Source: Isosphaeraceae bacterium (GTDB taxonomy: Bacteria; Planctomycetota; Planctomycetia; Isosphaerales; Isosphaeraceae). From it: a DNA stretch of 64,000 nucleotides. Numbering within the stretch: the first letter of the stretch is position 1; each line of letters opens with the position of its first letter. This document shows positions 21,202-33,098 of this stretch, piece after piece. The stretch is taken from positions 124,001 to 188,000 of the forward strand of contig CBDAVP010000005.1 in assembly GCA_965201075.1 (NCBI GenBank), given 5' to 3'. The notes beneath the pieces were generated by a model. The model was not told the DNA's origin. It saw only the letters and a list, made by a program, of their open reading frames with translations, and searched no databases. Both the position numbers and the translations under genes were made by a program.

Positions 21202-22638
21202 ATGCCGGCGATGACCCCGACGAAGACGGACGTGGCTTATCAGCAGTGCGTTGACCCGTCCTGCGGGGTGACGTTGGGGATTGACGAGGCCCATTTCGGT
21301 TGCCCAGCGTGCGGCGCCGGACTGGACATCGCCTATGACTGGGATCGGGCCGCGGTTCCCCGGCGGTTGGCGGACTTCGAGGCGAAGTGGGCCCGTCGGC
21401 AAGAGCCTTTGAATTTCTCGGGCGTCTGGCGGTTCCGAGAACTTTTACCATTCGCGCCGGCCGAGAAAATCGTCACGATCGGCGAGGGTCAGACCCTTTT
21501 GCAAGCCTCGGAAAAGGTCGGAAAGTACGTCGGGGTTGGGTCGGGAAACCTGTTGCTTCAGTACGAAGGAATGAATCCTTCGGGGAGCTTCAAGGACAAC
21601 GGAATGACCGCCGCCTTTACCCATGCTAACATGGTGGGGGCCCGGCGGGTGGCCTGCGCCAGCACCGGGAATACGTCGGCGGCGTTGGCGGTGTATTGCT
21701 CGGCGACGGATCTAGGGTTTCGAGCGATCATCTTCGTGGGGTCGGGGAAGATTGCTTACGGGAAGCTGTCCCAGGCGCTCGATCATGGGGCATTGACGGT
21801 TCAGATCGCCGGGGATTTCGACGATGCGATGCAGCGGGTTCGCGAGGTGGCGGACCGTCTGGGGATCTATCTGATGAACTCGGTGAACCCGTTCCGGCTG
21901 GAGGGGCAAAAGACGATCATGCTCCGGGTGCTGGAAGGGCTGCGCTGGGAGGTCCCCGACTGGATCGTCGTGCCGGGGGGGAATTTGGGGAATTCGTCGG
22001 CCTTCGGCAAGGCGTTTCTGGAGTTGAAGCATCTCGGATTGGTGGATCGGGTGCCGAGGCTGGCCGTCATCAACGCCGCCGGTGCCCGGACCTTGAATGA
22101 ACTGGTGAGCCTGCAAGGGTTGGCGTGGCGCGAGGGACGGCATGACCCGGGCCTGACACGGACCTATTTCGAGTCAATGGATTCATCGGGGAGGAAGGCG
22201 TCGACGATTGCCTCGGCGATCGAGATCAACCGGCCAGTGAATCTGACAAAGTGCTTGCGGGCCCTCCATGTTTGCGATGGAGTGGTGCGACAGGTTTCGG
22301 ATCAGGAGATCATGGATGCGAAGGCTCGCGTGGGGGCCGGCGGGTTGGGGTGCGAGCCAGCCAGCGCCGCGGCGGTGGCGGGAGCGAAGCGGCTGCGCGA
22401 GGAGGGGATCATTGCTCCCTCGGATCGGGTGGTTTGCATTCTGACCGGACACCAACTGAAGGACCCGACAGCCACGGTCGCCTATCATGGGGCCGATCAG
22501 CAGGAGTTCGAGCGTGTCTTGGGCAGCCGGGGAGTCCATCGGGCCGGATTCGCCAACCGGCCGGTCGTCATCGCCAACGATCTGGATGATATCATCCGGA
22601 CGATCAACCTGTATTCACCGGCGAGTTCCGACAGCTAA
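21202..22638 (+). CDS. thrC: Threonine synthase
   Basis: N-terminal Zn-ribbon (CVDPSC..CPAC), [13 protein letters not shown] (PLP Lys), [42 protein letters not shown]. Confidence 0.95.
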   Translation: MPAMTPTKTDVAYQQCVDPSCGVTLGIDEAHFGCPACGAGLDIAYDWDRAAVPRRLADFEAKWARRQEPLNFSGVWRFRELLPFAPAEKIVTIGEGQTLLQASEKVGKYVGVGSGNLLLQYEGMNPSGSFKDNGMTAAFTHANMVGARRVACASTGNTSAALAVYCSATDLGFRAIIFVGSGKIAYGKLSQALDHGALTVQIAGDFDDAMQRVREVADRLGIYLMNSVNPFRLEGQKTIMLRVLEGLRWEVPDWIVVPGGNLGNSSAFGKAFLELKHLGLVDRVPRLAVINAAGARTLNELVSLQGLAWREGRHDPGLTRTYFESMDSSGRKASTIASAIEINRPVNLTKCLRALHVCDGVVRQVSDQEIMDAKARVGAGGLGCEPASAAAVAGAKRLREEGIIAPSDRVVCILTGHQLKDPTATVAYHGADQQEFERVLGSRGVHRAGFANRPVVIANDLDDIIRTINLYSPASSDS

Positions 22639-22771
22639 ATCGCCGCGAATTCGGGAAAATGGGGAACTGTGTAAGACGGACTCGACAAGGGACAATTTCT
22701 CGACGATAATTCCTGGGCTCGGCGCGACGAAATCGGTGCAAGACTCGCGTGGTGAATTAAGGACCGAATTT

Positions 22772-23221
22772 ATGAGGCGTGGGGCGGTGCGTTACTCCCG
22801 GCTACAGCAATTCCTGGTCGCTTTCGCGGCCCTGGGAATGTTACTGGGAGTGCGGCCGTCCTCGATCGGTCGAGGCCGTCTTGACCTAAAGCTCTCGCCC
22901 CTGGCGGTTGGATCCACGGTGCCTGAGAGTGTCGCCGGCATTGCCGATCCGGTTCCCCTGGCGGATTTCGAGGAGTCCACCGTCGCGAACGATCGCGATG
23001 AGGACGGGACCGGGGAAAATGACTCCGAATCGTTGAATGACTCCCCGGAACTGGAACGGAATCTGGTGGGGCGATCGGCCCCGGCCCGAAATCGGTCGTT
23101 GTTCCTCGGTGGCTGCCTGCCCGCGGCAATGCCTTCGGCCCCGAAGATTTGTCGGGGCATCCTACCGTCACCCAGCATCCCGGAAGGGCTTCCGGTGCGA
23201 CTGTGCCGATTGACCTGTTGA
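22772..23221 (+). CDS. Hypothetical protein: N-terminal hydrophobic segment, acidic linker, C-terminal RLCRLTC
   Basis: ATG 22772 preceded by AAGGA; 149 aa; signal/TM-like start. Confidence 0.55.
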   Translation: MRRGAVRYSRLQQFLVAFAALGMLLGVRPSSIGRGRLDLKLSPLAVGSTVPESVAGIADPVPLADFEESTVANDRDEDGTGENDSESLNDSPELERNLVGRSAPARNRSLFLGGCLPAAMPSAPKICRGILPSPSIPEGLPVRLCRLTC

Positions 23222-23399
23222 GCCTACCCGAATTCCTAATGGTCTTGACCTGAGGGATTGGCCCGAGATGGGGCCCCCTCCTCGCCAAGCCATCGTCGGA
23301 GGCGTGTGACCCCCGCTTGCGAGACTGCCCGGCCCGGGTGAATCGCGAGGGTTTTGCCTCCGCTCCACGATTCTAGGGATCTTTCGGGAAGCTCTCTCC

Positions 23400-23621
23400 A
23401 TGTCGATCGCATTTTCCGACCCCACCACGCAAGGGCGTGGTGCGTGGAAGGTTCGTACGCGGATTCGGGTGGCCACGGTCGCTGAGTCTCGCGGCCTGGA
23501 ACAACTCGCCCTGTTGACAACCGATGTGAGGCTACCGGGAGCCCGGGACCTTGATCGGTTCGGTCTCAGTGGGGTCGCCGGTACGCCCCGAATCGCGCGT
23601 TTCCGCTCACCGCTGATTTAA
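23400..23621 (+). CDS. Small hypothetical protein (73 aa) ending RFRSPLI
   Basis: ATG-TAA ORF between two structured non-coding segments; weak RBS (GGGAAG). Confidence 0.45.
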   Translation: MSIAFSDPTTQGRGAWKVRTRIRVATVAESRGLEQLALLTTDVRLPGARDLDRFGLSGVAGTPRIARFRSPLI

Positions 23622-23918
23622 CCGTCGAAGAACGGTCGCCAAGCCCCCCAACGGGCGCGAGTCCCCCCCCTCGCGCTCTCGTTTCCACGGCGGCCGGGCC
23701 GTTTCTCCCCCGGGCCGCGTTCGACCCATTTCCCCCCCGGGTCGGATGCGGTTCCCCCCCGGACGGCTCGGTTGCCTACTCAATCCCCCCCGAGCCCGCC
23801 GATTCCCCCCCCGGCGGTCTCGTATTGAGACAAGCGGTCGGGACGTACCTCGACGGTGGGTCCGCAATCCCCCCCGCGGACCCGCTTGCCCCCGGTACGA
23901 CCCGGCCGCTTGTTTTTC
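23621..23918 (+). ncRNA. Candidate multi-hairpin RNA or 3' UTR with repeated (A)WUCCCCCCC loops
   Basis: Stems at 23653-78, 23687-720, 23720-46, 23765-96, 23796-817 and 23855-86, each enclosing a C5-C7 loop; long closing stem 23830-49/23894-913 followed by TTTT; G-U wobbles favour the + strand. Confidence 0.65.
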
Positions 23919-23987
23919 GAGCCCGTAAGTTTCTTGGAGGCTTCGGCCGTTTTGTGGGTGGGTGTGGACCCAATAGGTCAAAAGGGT

Positions 23988-26497
<2,510 letters not shown>

Positions 26498-26551
26498 GGG
26501 GGGCGGTCCGGTTGGCGGGTCGTGGGTTGCGAGATTCGAGGGAGGGCCATG

Positions 26552-27004
26552 CTACCGTTCGTCGCCACGAGGTTCAACGGTCGCGACGGTCCAGGGGAGT
26601 TCCTCGAAGGCATGGGGATCGAGGCGCCAGGCGCGGATGGTGGGCTCGGAGTCCAGGAGCGAGACGATGATGCGGGGCAGTGGCCCGTAGAAGTTCAAAG
26701 CGAGGTCGGCCCGGCTGGGGATGGCTGGCCAGCGGGGATGCGAGTGGTAGATGGCGAGCATCTCAGCGCCGAGGGAGCGGTAGTCGCGAATGGCGTCGAT
26801 GATGTCCTGCGGGTGGGCGTCGTAGCGAGTCTCGGCCTCGGGGGCGGCGTTGCGGAGGGGGTAGATGATTGAGGCGAGCGAGGCCGAACCGGCGAGGAGG
26901 CCGCAGCATTCCCGCGGGGCTTCGCGCCGGCAGTGGTCGAGCATCGTCGCCAGGACGTCAGAAGTGATCTGGAGCGGGGCGGGCAGATTGGGTTCATCCG
27001 CCAT
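26552..27004 (-). CDS. M67/JAB-domain metallopeptidase (Mec-like)
   Basis: PRECCGLL, YHSHP..PA.PS.AD JAMM motif; start ATG 27004. Confidence 0.9.
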   Translation of the reverse strand: MADEPNLPAPLQITSDVLATMLDHCRREAPRECCGLLAGSASLASIIYPLRNAAPEAETRYDAHPQDIIDAIRDYRSLGAEMLAIYHSHPRWPAIPSRADLALNFYGPLPRIIVSLLDSEPTIRAWRLDPHAFEELPWTVATVEPRGDER

Positions 27005-27147
27005 GATCGGGAAGCCGGGTGGCTGAGGCTTGGTTTTCCAGATCGCGGGTCGCGTCCCTGACCGGGGTCTCGCGGACGAGACTCCAGCCACCCAGAACCA
27101 AGGGGACTTGCGGGTTAGGCATGGCGAAGGATCGGGCCGCGCGTTGG

Positions 27148-28116
27148 TTATTCAGGGAAGAGCGGGGTGGAGAGGTAGCGTTCACCGAGGTCGGGGAGGA
27201 TGACGACGACTCGTTTTCCGGCGTTCTCGGGTCGGCGGGCGACCTGGAGGGCCCCGGCGGCGGCGGCTCCGCAGGAGATTCCGCAGAGCATGCCTTCCTC
27301 GCGAGCCAGGCGGCGGGCGGTCTCGAAGGCCTCCTCGTCGCGAATGGTCAGGACCTCGTCGATGACCTCGAAGTTGAGAATGTCGGGGATGAAGCCGGCA
27401 CCGATGCCCTGGATCTTGTGAGGGCCGGGCTTGATGGGGTCGCCCTTTTGCTTTTGGGTCAGGATGGGGGAGTTGACCGGCTCGACCGCCACGACCTTGA
27501 GATTGGAGTTGCGCTGTTTGAGGATCTCGCCACAGCCGGTGATTGTCCCGCCAGTGCCGACGCCGGCGACAAAGATGTCGATACGGCCCTGGGTGTCGTT
27601 CCAGATCTCCTCGGCGGTGGTCTTGCGGTGGATCTCGGGGTTGGCGGGGTTTTTGAACTGCTGGGGCATGAAGGCGTTGGGGTTGTCGCGGACGAGCTCC
27701 TCGGCTCGTCTCACCGCGCCGGGCATCCCCTCGGAGGCGGGGGTCAGGACGATTTCGGCTCCGAAAGCCTTGAGGAGGCGGCGGCGTTCGAGACTCATGC
27801 TTTCGGGCATGGTGACGGTAAGTCGGTAGCCACGGGCCGCGCAAGTGAAGGCCAGGGCGATACCGGTGTTGCCGCTGGTGGGCTCGACGATCAGGGTGTC
27901 CTTGCCGATCTTGCCGGCGGCCTCGGCGGCGTCGATCATGGCGACGCCGATGCGGTCCTTGACCGACCAGAGGGGGTTGAAGTTTTCGAGCTTGGCCAGA
28001 ACCTCGGCGAGACAGCCCTGGGTGATGCGCCTCAGGCGGATCAGCGGCGTGTTGCCAATGGTCTGGGTGATATCGTCGTAGATCCGCCCGCGTCCGGTTT
28101 CGGCAGCAGCAGCCAT
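27148..28116 (-). CDS. cysK: Cysteine synthase A
   Basis: [45 protein letters not shown]. Confidence 0.97.
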   Translation of the reverse strand: MAAAAETGRGRIYDDITQTIGNTPLIRLRRITQGCLAEVLAKLENFNPLWSVKDRIGVAMIDAAEAAGKIGKDTLIVEPTSGNTGIALAFTCAARGYRLTVTMPESMSLERRRLLKAFGAEIVLTPASEGMPGAVRRAEELVRDNPNAFMPQQFKNPANPEIHRKTTAEEIWNDTQGRIDIFVAGVGTGGTITGCGEILKQRNSNLKVVAVEPVNSPILTQKQKGDPIKPGPHKIQGIGAGFIPDILNFEVIDEVLTIRDEEAFETARRLAREEGMLCGISCGAAAAGALQVARRPENAGKRVVVILPDLGERYLSTPLFPE

Positions 28117-28251
28117 CCCGCGTCCCCCTTCCGAGGCCAGGAGTGTCCGGCCTGATGCGTCCGGCCCACTCCGTCCTCCATCGATCGTGGGAACATCATA
28201 CCGACGGCCGAATCGGGGGGACAGGGTTGAGGCGGTCGAGGAAAGCCAGTG

Positions 28252-30561
28252 TCAGGGAACGCCCGCGATTGGGGGGCCGGCGGGGTTGGGTTCGTGGAGG
28301 GCGGTTTCGAGGGCTTCGAGGTCGGCCTCGATGGCTTCGAGGACGGTGGGGTTGAGGTCGATCTTACCGAACCGGGTGCGGTAGAAGAGGTTCACGACCC
28401 GAGGCGGCACCTGGGCGAGGGTGGGGTCGTGCGGCAAGCGGGCGAGCAGGACCGGCGTAGCCCGGTCGGCGAACTCTCGGGGGGTTTCGGCGGGGGGGCG
28501 TTCGAGACCGAGTTCGCCAAGAAGGCGGATGACTCTGGCGAATGAGGCGGTGCCGAGGGCCTCACTGGCGTCGTTGGCGGCGTGGGCGTCGGGAACTCCC
28601 AGGAGTCGTCTCAGGGTTCGCCGGCCGGCTCGGGAGGTGAGCAATCGCAACAGGAGGATGAGCGCGGCGAGAATGGCCAGGCGGGGCAACGCGCGGGCCA
28701 CCCCTCCCCGGAGGTCAACCAGCCAGCCGAGGGCCGAGGCCGCGGCGCTTCCCATGATGGCGAAGCCTTTGAGGGCGTCGTCCCGGAGCTTGGCCAGCGG
28801 GGCATACAACAGCCGCTGCTGGCGGTCGGAGTTGAAGCCGACGACGTAGAAGACCCATACGTAGCGGGCCAGGTCGGTGAACGAGCGGAACCGCGCGGCG
28901 AATCCGCCGATCCGGTCGAGCTCTCGACGGCGTTCATTGCCCGGAGTGGGGTCGTAGGTCTGCCAGATCGGCTGGCCCTTGGAGTCGGCGCCGACGAGGG
29001 CCTCGACCCAGGTGTGAGCGTGCTTCTGGCGGACGGTCAGGGACCGGGTCATGTTGTTCCAGTCGCCCCCCTTGAAGCCGCTGACCATGCGGGCGGGGAT
29101 ATTCTCGGCGCGGAGGAGGAGGGTCAGGGCGCTGGCGAAGTATTCGCAGTGGCCTTGCTTGCGGTTGACGAGGAAGTCCTCGATGGGGTCGATGGTGCGA
29201 TTCACGACGTCGAGGCGCAGGGTGTAGTGGAAGTCGCGATTGAGCCAGGCGCTGAGGCCGCGGGCGACCTCGGCGGGATCATCGCCGGGGGGGCCGCCCA
29301 GAGCCTTGTCGGCGATCACCTTGAGGCGATCCTGGAGATCTGGGGGAACTTCCAGGAGTTCGGAGCGGCGGAAGTCGGGGTATTCCTCGCCGGGCTGAGG
29401 CTGGCCGCCGGTGGGATCATACTCGGAGACAACGTCGTAGTCGCAGGCGGCGGCCGGGGGGGGGCTGGTGAACGCTCGGTCTCGGGGGCGTTGGAGGTAG
29501 TCTTCCCGGTAGATCGAGCCGTCTCGGGGGTTGAGAGCCGGGGTGGGCGTGGTCTCAGCGACCCGGAGGATCGGTCGGAGGGCGAAGAGGATGTGACTGT
29601 CGGTGGGTTCGAGGTGGACCTTCTGGCGACGCAGGGCGTGGGGGCCGGGGGGCGGGTCGAAGGCGGCCTTCTCGGCACCGCCCGCGGACTCTCGTCGCCA
29701 GCGACGGTTGTGATAATCGACCAGGGTGACGCCTCTCCAGAGCGGTTCGAGGTTGGGCTCGATGGAGCGTCCGTCCTGGTCGAAGGTTTCGATGGTCATG
29801 ACGACGTCGTCGTTTTCGAGAATCTCGCCAAGTTGGCCGAGACGCACGGTGTCGGTGAATCCGGTGGCGTGAGAGGGAGTGGCGCCGGCGCCGGCGCGCT
29901 CGGCATTCCGGTCGGTTCGGGCGGTGCGGGGCATGGCGAAGAAGATCACGACGCCCAGGGCCATGGTGACGGCGGTGGCCCGGGCGACGGCCAGGAGGAA
30001 GGCCGGGCGAATTAGGCCGGGATAGGGGTCGTTGGGGAGGGATTCCGGCAGAGTCGCCAGCCGTTCGGCCACGGCTCGGGCGGATTCTCGTTGAAGGTGG
30101 GACAGAAGCAGCATCCACAACGAGGCGAGGGCCCAGGCCACCAGCGCCACGCCGACGGAGTCGCTCTGGCTGAGGGTGGCGCCGACGACGACCTGAACCA
30201 GTCCCAGCAGGAGCAATTCCCAGTCGTCACGCGCGGATTTGGGCAGGACGAGTTTGATCATCGTCAAGTAGATCAGCCAATGGCCGAAGACCAGGACGAG
30301 GGAGTCAAAGTCGTAGGCGAGTTCGGCCATGAACAGGACGACCGAACTGGCGGCAAGGGCGTTGGACCAGGCGGGAGAAAGGGAAGCGTCGGGGTTGCGG
30401 TCGACAAGGAAGAAGGTGGCCACGCAGGTCAGGGCGACGAAGACGGGGTAATAGGGGGAAAGGGGGTTTTCACCAATGACGGCAACGTCCATTGAGAGGA
30501 CGGCGGCGGCCAGGACCAGCATGATGTCGACGCTGACTCGGTGCAGGGTGCGGAAGCTCAT
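28252..30561 (-). CDS. TgpA-like DUF3488/transglutaminase membrane protein
   Basis: N-terminal TMs, FFAMPR, GHCEYFASA, HAHTWVE, YDPTP, ETPREFA (DUF4129-like). Confidence 0.92.
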   Translation of the reverse strand: MSFRTLHRVSVDIMLVLAAAVLSMDVAVIGENPLSPYYPVFVALTCVATFFLVDRNPDASLSPAWSNALAASSVVLFMAELAYDFDSLVLVFGHWLIYLTMIKLVLPKSARDDWELLLLGLVQVVVGATLSQSDSVGVALVAWALASLWMLLLSHLQRESARAVAERLATLPESLPNDPYPGLIRPAFLLAVARATAVTMALGVVIFFAMPRTARTDRNAERAGAGATPSHATGFTDTVRLGQLGEILENDDVVMTIETFDQDGRSIEPNLEPLWRGVTLVDYHNRRWRRESAGGAEKAAFDPPPGPHALRRQKVHLEPTDSHILFALRPILRVAETTPTPALNPRDGSIYREDYLQRPRDRAFTSPPPAAACDYDVVSEYDPTGGQPQPGEEYPDFRRSELLEVPPDLQDRLKVIADKALGGPPGDDPAEVARGLSAWLNRDFHYTLRLDVVNRTIDPIEDFLVNRKQGHCEYFASALTLLLRAENIPARMVSGFKGGDWNNMTRSLTVRQKHAHTWVEALVGADSKGQPIWQTYDPTPGNERRRELDRIGGFAARFRSFTDLARYVWVFYVVGFNSDRQQRLLYAPLAKLRDDALKGFAIMGSAAASALGWLVDLRGGVARALPRLAILAALILLLRLLTSRAGRRTLRRLLGVPDAHAANDASEALGTASFARVIRLLGELGLERPPAETPREFADRATPVLLARLPHDPTLAQVPPRVVNLFYRTRFGKIDLNPTVLEAIEADLEALETALHEPNPAGPPIAGVP

Positions 30562-31850
30562 GGCCTTGGCCCGTCGGGGGGGGGCTCGGCGCGATCGAGG
30601 CCGGGGACGCCACCCTGATAGTGGATCAGGTCGTCGAGGTCGCCGCGAGCCGCATCGAGGAGCAAAGCATGGGAGGCCGGTCCGCGACCGCCAGCGCCGG
30701 AGAGGTGAGCGGACGACTCGGCTTCTTCCAGAAGATTGATGGGCCGGGTGGTGACGATGACGAGGTAGGCGTGATGGAGCGCCGCGGCGGGTAAGGCATC
30801 GAACAGGTGGGAAAGCTGGCCCTCGGCGGTGGGTCGGAGGACGGCGAGGTCCGCCAGCAGCTCGTGGAGGAGGCGGATGGAGGCGGGCCCCTGACGAACC
30901 TGGGGGGGCGTGGCGGTCCAGCCGACGATGAGGCGGCGGCCCTGGGCTCGGCAGGTGTCAAGGCAGACCGAGGCGGCGAACGAAACGGCGGCTTCGAGGG
31001 CCTCTCGCTGCTCGGCGGTGATCTTGGTGCGGGGGAGCCAGGGGTCGATCAGCAGCGCGAGGTCCTGGTCCTGCTGCTGCTCGAATTCCTTGACCATCGG
31101 CTTGCCGAGGCGCGCGGTGGTGCGCCAGTGAATCCAGCGGGGGCTGTCGCCGGACCGGTATTCGCGAAGACCGTGATACTCTCGCTGCTGGGCCGAGCGG
31201 TCGTTGCGGCGGCCTCGGCGAGATTCGCTGGCCTCTCGGCGGCGGACCTGCCAGCGCCGGGAAAGGTGGCCAACGGCGGGATAAACCAGGAGGTCGCGAG
31301 GCTCCCCCACGTCGGCCTGGCGTTCGAGGAGGCCGAAGGGGCCGCGAGTGGAAAGGTTCAGATTGGCGAACGCATACCGGCCCCGCCGCGCCAGGACCCC
31401 CTGCCAGCGGACGCGACCAATCCCGGCGGCGGGGACGCGGGCGAAAAAGCCTCGGGGCGAAAGTCCACCGGCGCCGGAAACCGCCCGGTCGGTGGGGGTG
31501 AGATGGTCGCGAATCGAAAGGGCGAGGGCAGCCGTCCAGCGGCGAGAGTTCTCCAGGACGTAATCCACAACCAGGGGCTGACCGGCGAAGACGTAAGGGG
31601 GGGCACGACGCTCGGCCCGGATGCGTCGGAGGGCCGAGGCGCTGACGAACACCGAGCCGAAAATCGGACCAAACGCGAGGCCAGCGGTCAGGAGGATCAG
31701 GTTGATTTGCTGCCAAAGTCCCACCAGCAGCAGGGCGGCCCAGCCCAGGCCATACCAGTAACCCTCGCGGGTCAGCCGCAACCTCTGAGAAGGCCAGAGG
31801 ATCCGCCCGACCCTGCGTGACCAGTGGCTGAGGGTGCGGCGAGGCGGCAT
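30558..31850 (-). CDS. DUF58 domain protein
   Basis: LREYRSGDSPRWIHWRTTAR, VKEFE, RGRY..TRGPFGL; overlaps the next gene by ATGA. Confidence 0.9.
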   Translation of the reverse strand: MPPRRTLSHWSRRVGRILWPSQRLRLTREGYWYGLGWAALLLVGLWQQINLILLTAGLAFGPIFGSVFVSASALRRIRAERRAPPYVFAGQPLVVDYVLENSRRWTAALALSIRDHLTPTDRAVSGAGGLSPRGFFARVPAAGIGRVRWQGVLARRGRYAFANLNLSTRGPFGLLERQADVGEPRDLLVYPAVGHLSRRWQVRRREASESRRGRRNDRSAQQREYHGLREYRSGDSPRWIHWRTTARLGKPMVKEFEQQQDQDLALLIDPWLPRTKITAEQREALEAAVSFAASVCLDTCRAQGRRLIVGWTATPPQVRQGPASIRLLHELLADLAVLRPTAEGQLSHLFDALPAAALHHAYLVIVTTRPINLLEEAESSAHLSGAGGRGPASHALLLDAARGDLDDLIHYQGGVPGLDRAEPPPDGPRP

Positions 31851-31923
31851 GCGACGGGGTTCCGCGAAGGGACGGGCCGATCGCCGGTCGTGTCTTGGGG
31901 ACGGGCGGAGGTCTTGGCCGGGT

Positions 31924-32907
31924 TCAGATGGGGACGCGGAGGCGGTCGACGATGTCGCGGATAATCGACTCAGCAGCGCCAAATTCACCGGCCTGGAGGA
32001 AGGACTTGCCGACAACTCGGTGAGCCAGGACGGGGATGGCCAGGGCCTTGATGTCGTCGGGGATCACGAAGTCGCGGCAGGAGACGAAGGCCAGGCTCTG
32101 GGCGGCCCGGTAGAGAGTCAAGGCACCTCGGGTGCTGACGCCGACGTGGAGGTCTTCGCTCTCTCGCGTGGCGTGGACGAGGTCGAGCAGATAGTCGGAG
32201 ACCGAATCCTCGACGCGAATTTCGCGGACGGCGCGCTGGAGATTAAGGACATCGGGGGCGCTGAGGGCCGGGAGAAGTTCCTGGACCGGCTCGCCGTCTC
32301 GGTGACTATTGAGGATGCTGCGTTCCTCGGAACGGAGCGGATAACCCATCCGAAGTCGCATCATGAAGCGATCGAGCTGGCTTTCGGGGAGGACGTAAGT
32401 CCCCTCAAACTCGTAAGGATTCTGGGTCGCCAGGACGAGAAAGGGGCGTTCGAGGGCGTAGGTGGTCCCTTCCACGGAGACCTGGGCGTCTCCCATTGCT
32501 TCGAGGAGGGCGCTCTGGGTGCGGGGGGTGGTGCGGTTGACCTCGTCGGCGAGGATGACGTTGGCGAAGATGGGGCCGGGCTTGAAGACAAACTCGCCGC
32601 TGACCGCGTTGTAGACGCTTGAGCCGAGAATGTCGGAGGGGAGCAGGTCGGGGGTGAACTGGATGCGACGGAAAGCGCAGTCGATGCTGGCGGCGAGGGC
32701 GCGAGCCAGGAGGGTTTTGCCGACGCCCGGAACGTCCTCAATCAGAACGTGCCCCTCGGCCAGGAGGGCGACGACGACCAGGCGGATGACCTCGGGATTG
32801 CCCAGGACCACCGAGCCAACGTGGGCCAGGAGGCGATCCAGGGTGGGCATGAGGTCGTCGGACGCCAAGCCGGGCGCGGACGCCTCGGCCACCTCGGGTG
32901 CGTTCAT
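31924..32907 (-). CDS. MoxR-family AAA+ ATPase
   Basis: GHVLIEDVPGVGKT, RIQFTPDLLPSD, LADEVNR..PRTQSALLEAM, ATQNP.E.EGTY.LPESQLDRF. Confidence 0.95.
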   Translation of the reverse strand: MNAPEVAEASAPGLASDDLMPTLDRLLAHVGSVVLGNPEVIRLVVVALLAEGHVLIEDVPGVGKTLLARALAASIDCAFRRIQFTPDLLPSDILGSSVYNAVSGEFVFKPGPIFANVILADEVNRTTPRTQSALLEAMGDAQVSVEGTTYALERPFLVLATQNPYEFEGTYVLPESQLDRFMMRLRMGYPLRSEERSILNSHRDGEPVQELLPALSAPDVLNLQRAVREIRVEDSVSDYLLDLVHATRESEDLHVGVSTRGALTLYRAAQSLAFVSCRDFVIPDDIKALAIPVLAHRVVGKSFLQAGEFGAAESIIRDIVDRLRVPI

Positions 32908-33098
32908 ACGGGAGCCTTGCCCAGTCAGTCGTTGATCCTCCGAACCTCCTCGGAGAGGTCGGGGCCAGTATAAGACAGGAGGGGGGCCGATGCCACTCCC
33001 CGGACACTCGGGAATCGGCGGTGCTGGGGACGGAGGTTCGTGGTAAGGTGGGCGTCCCAGGATGGGGCGAATCGGGCCGGACAGGGAGGGATCGGGCG

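Noticed and set aside
23216..23239. Cys-TGA at the end of the RLCRLTC ORF as possible selenocysteine read-through
   Set aside because: Only five codons follow before TAA, and no convincing SECIS hairpin lies immediately 3'; most likely a normal stop
23621..23918. CRISPR array or tandem repeat interpretation of the C-tract region
   Set aside because: Only the 8-11 nt loop recurs, spacing is irregular, and there are no cas genes
23621..23918. CsrB-like GGA-loop RNA or G-quadruplex on the minus strand
   Set aside because: Not excluded, but the G-U wobbles and terminal U-tract work only on the + strand
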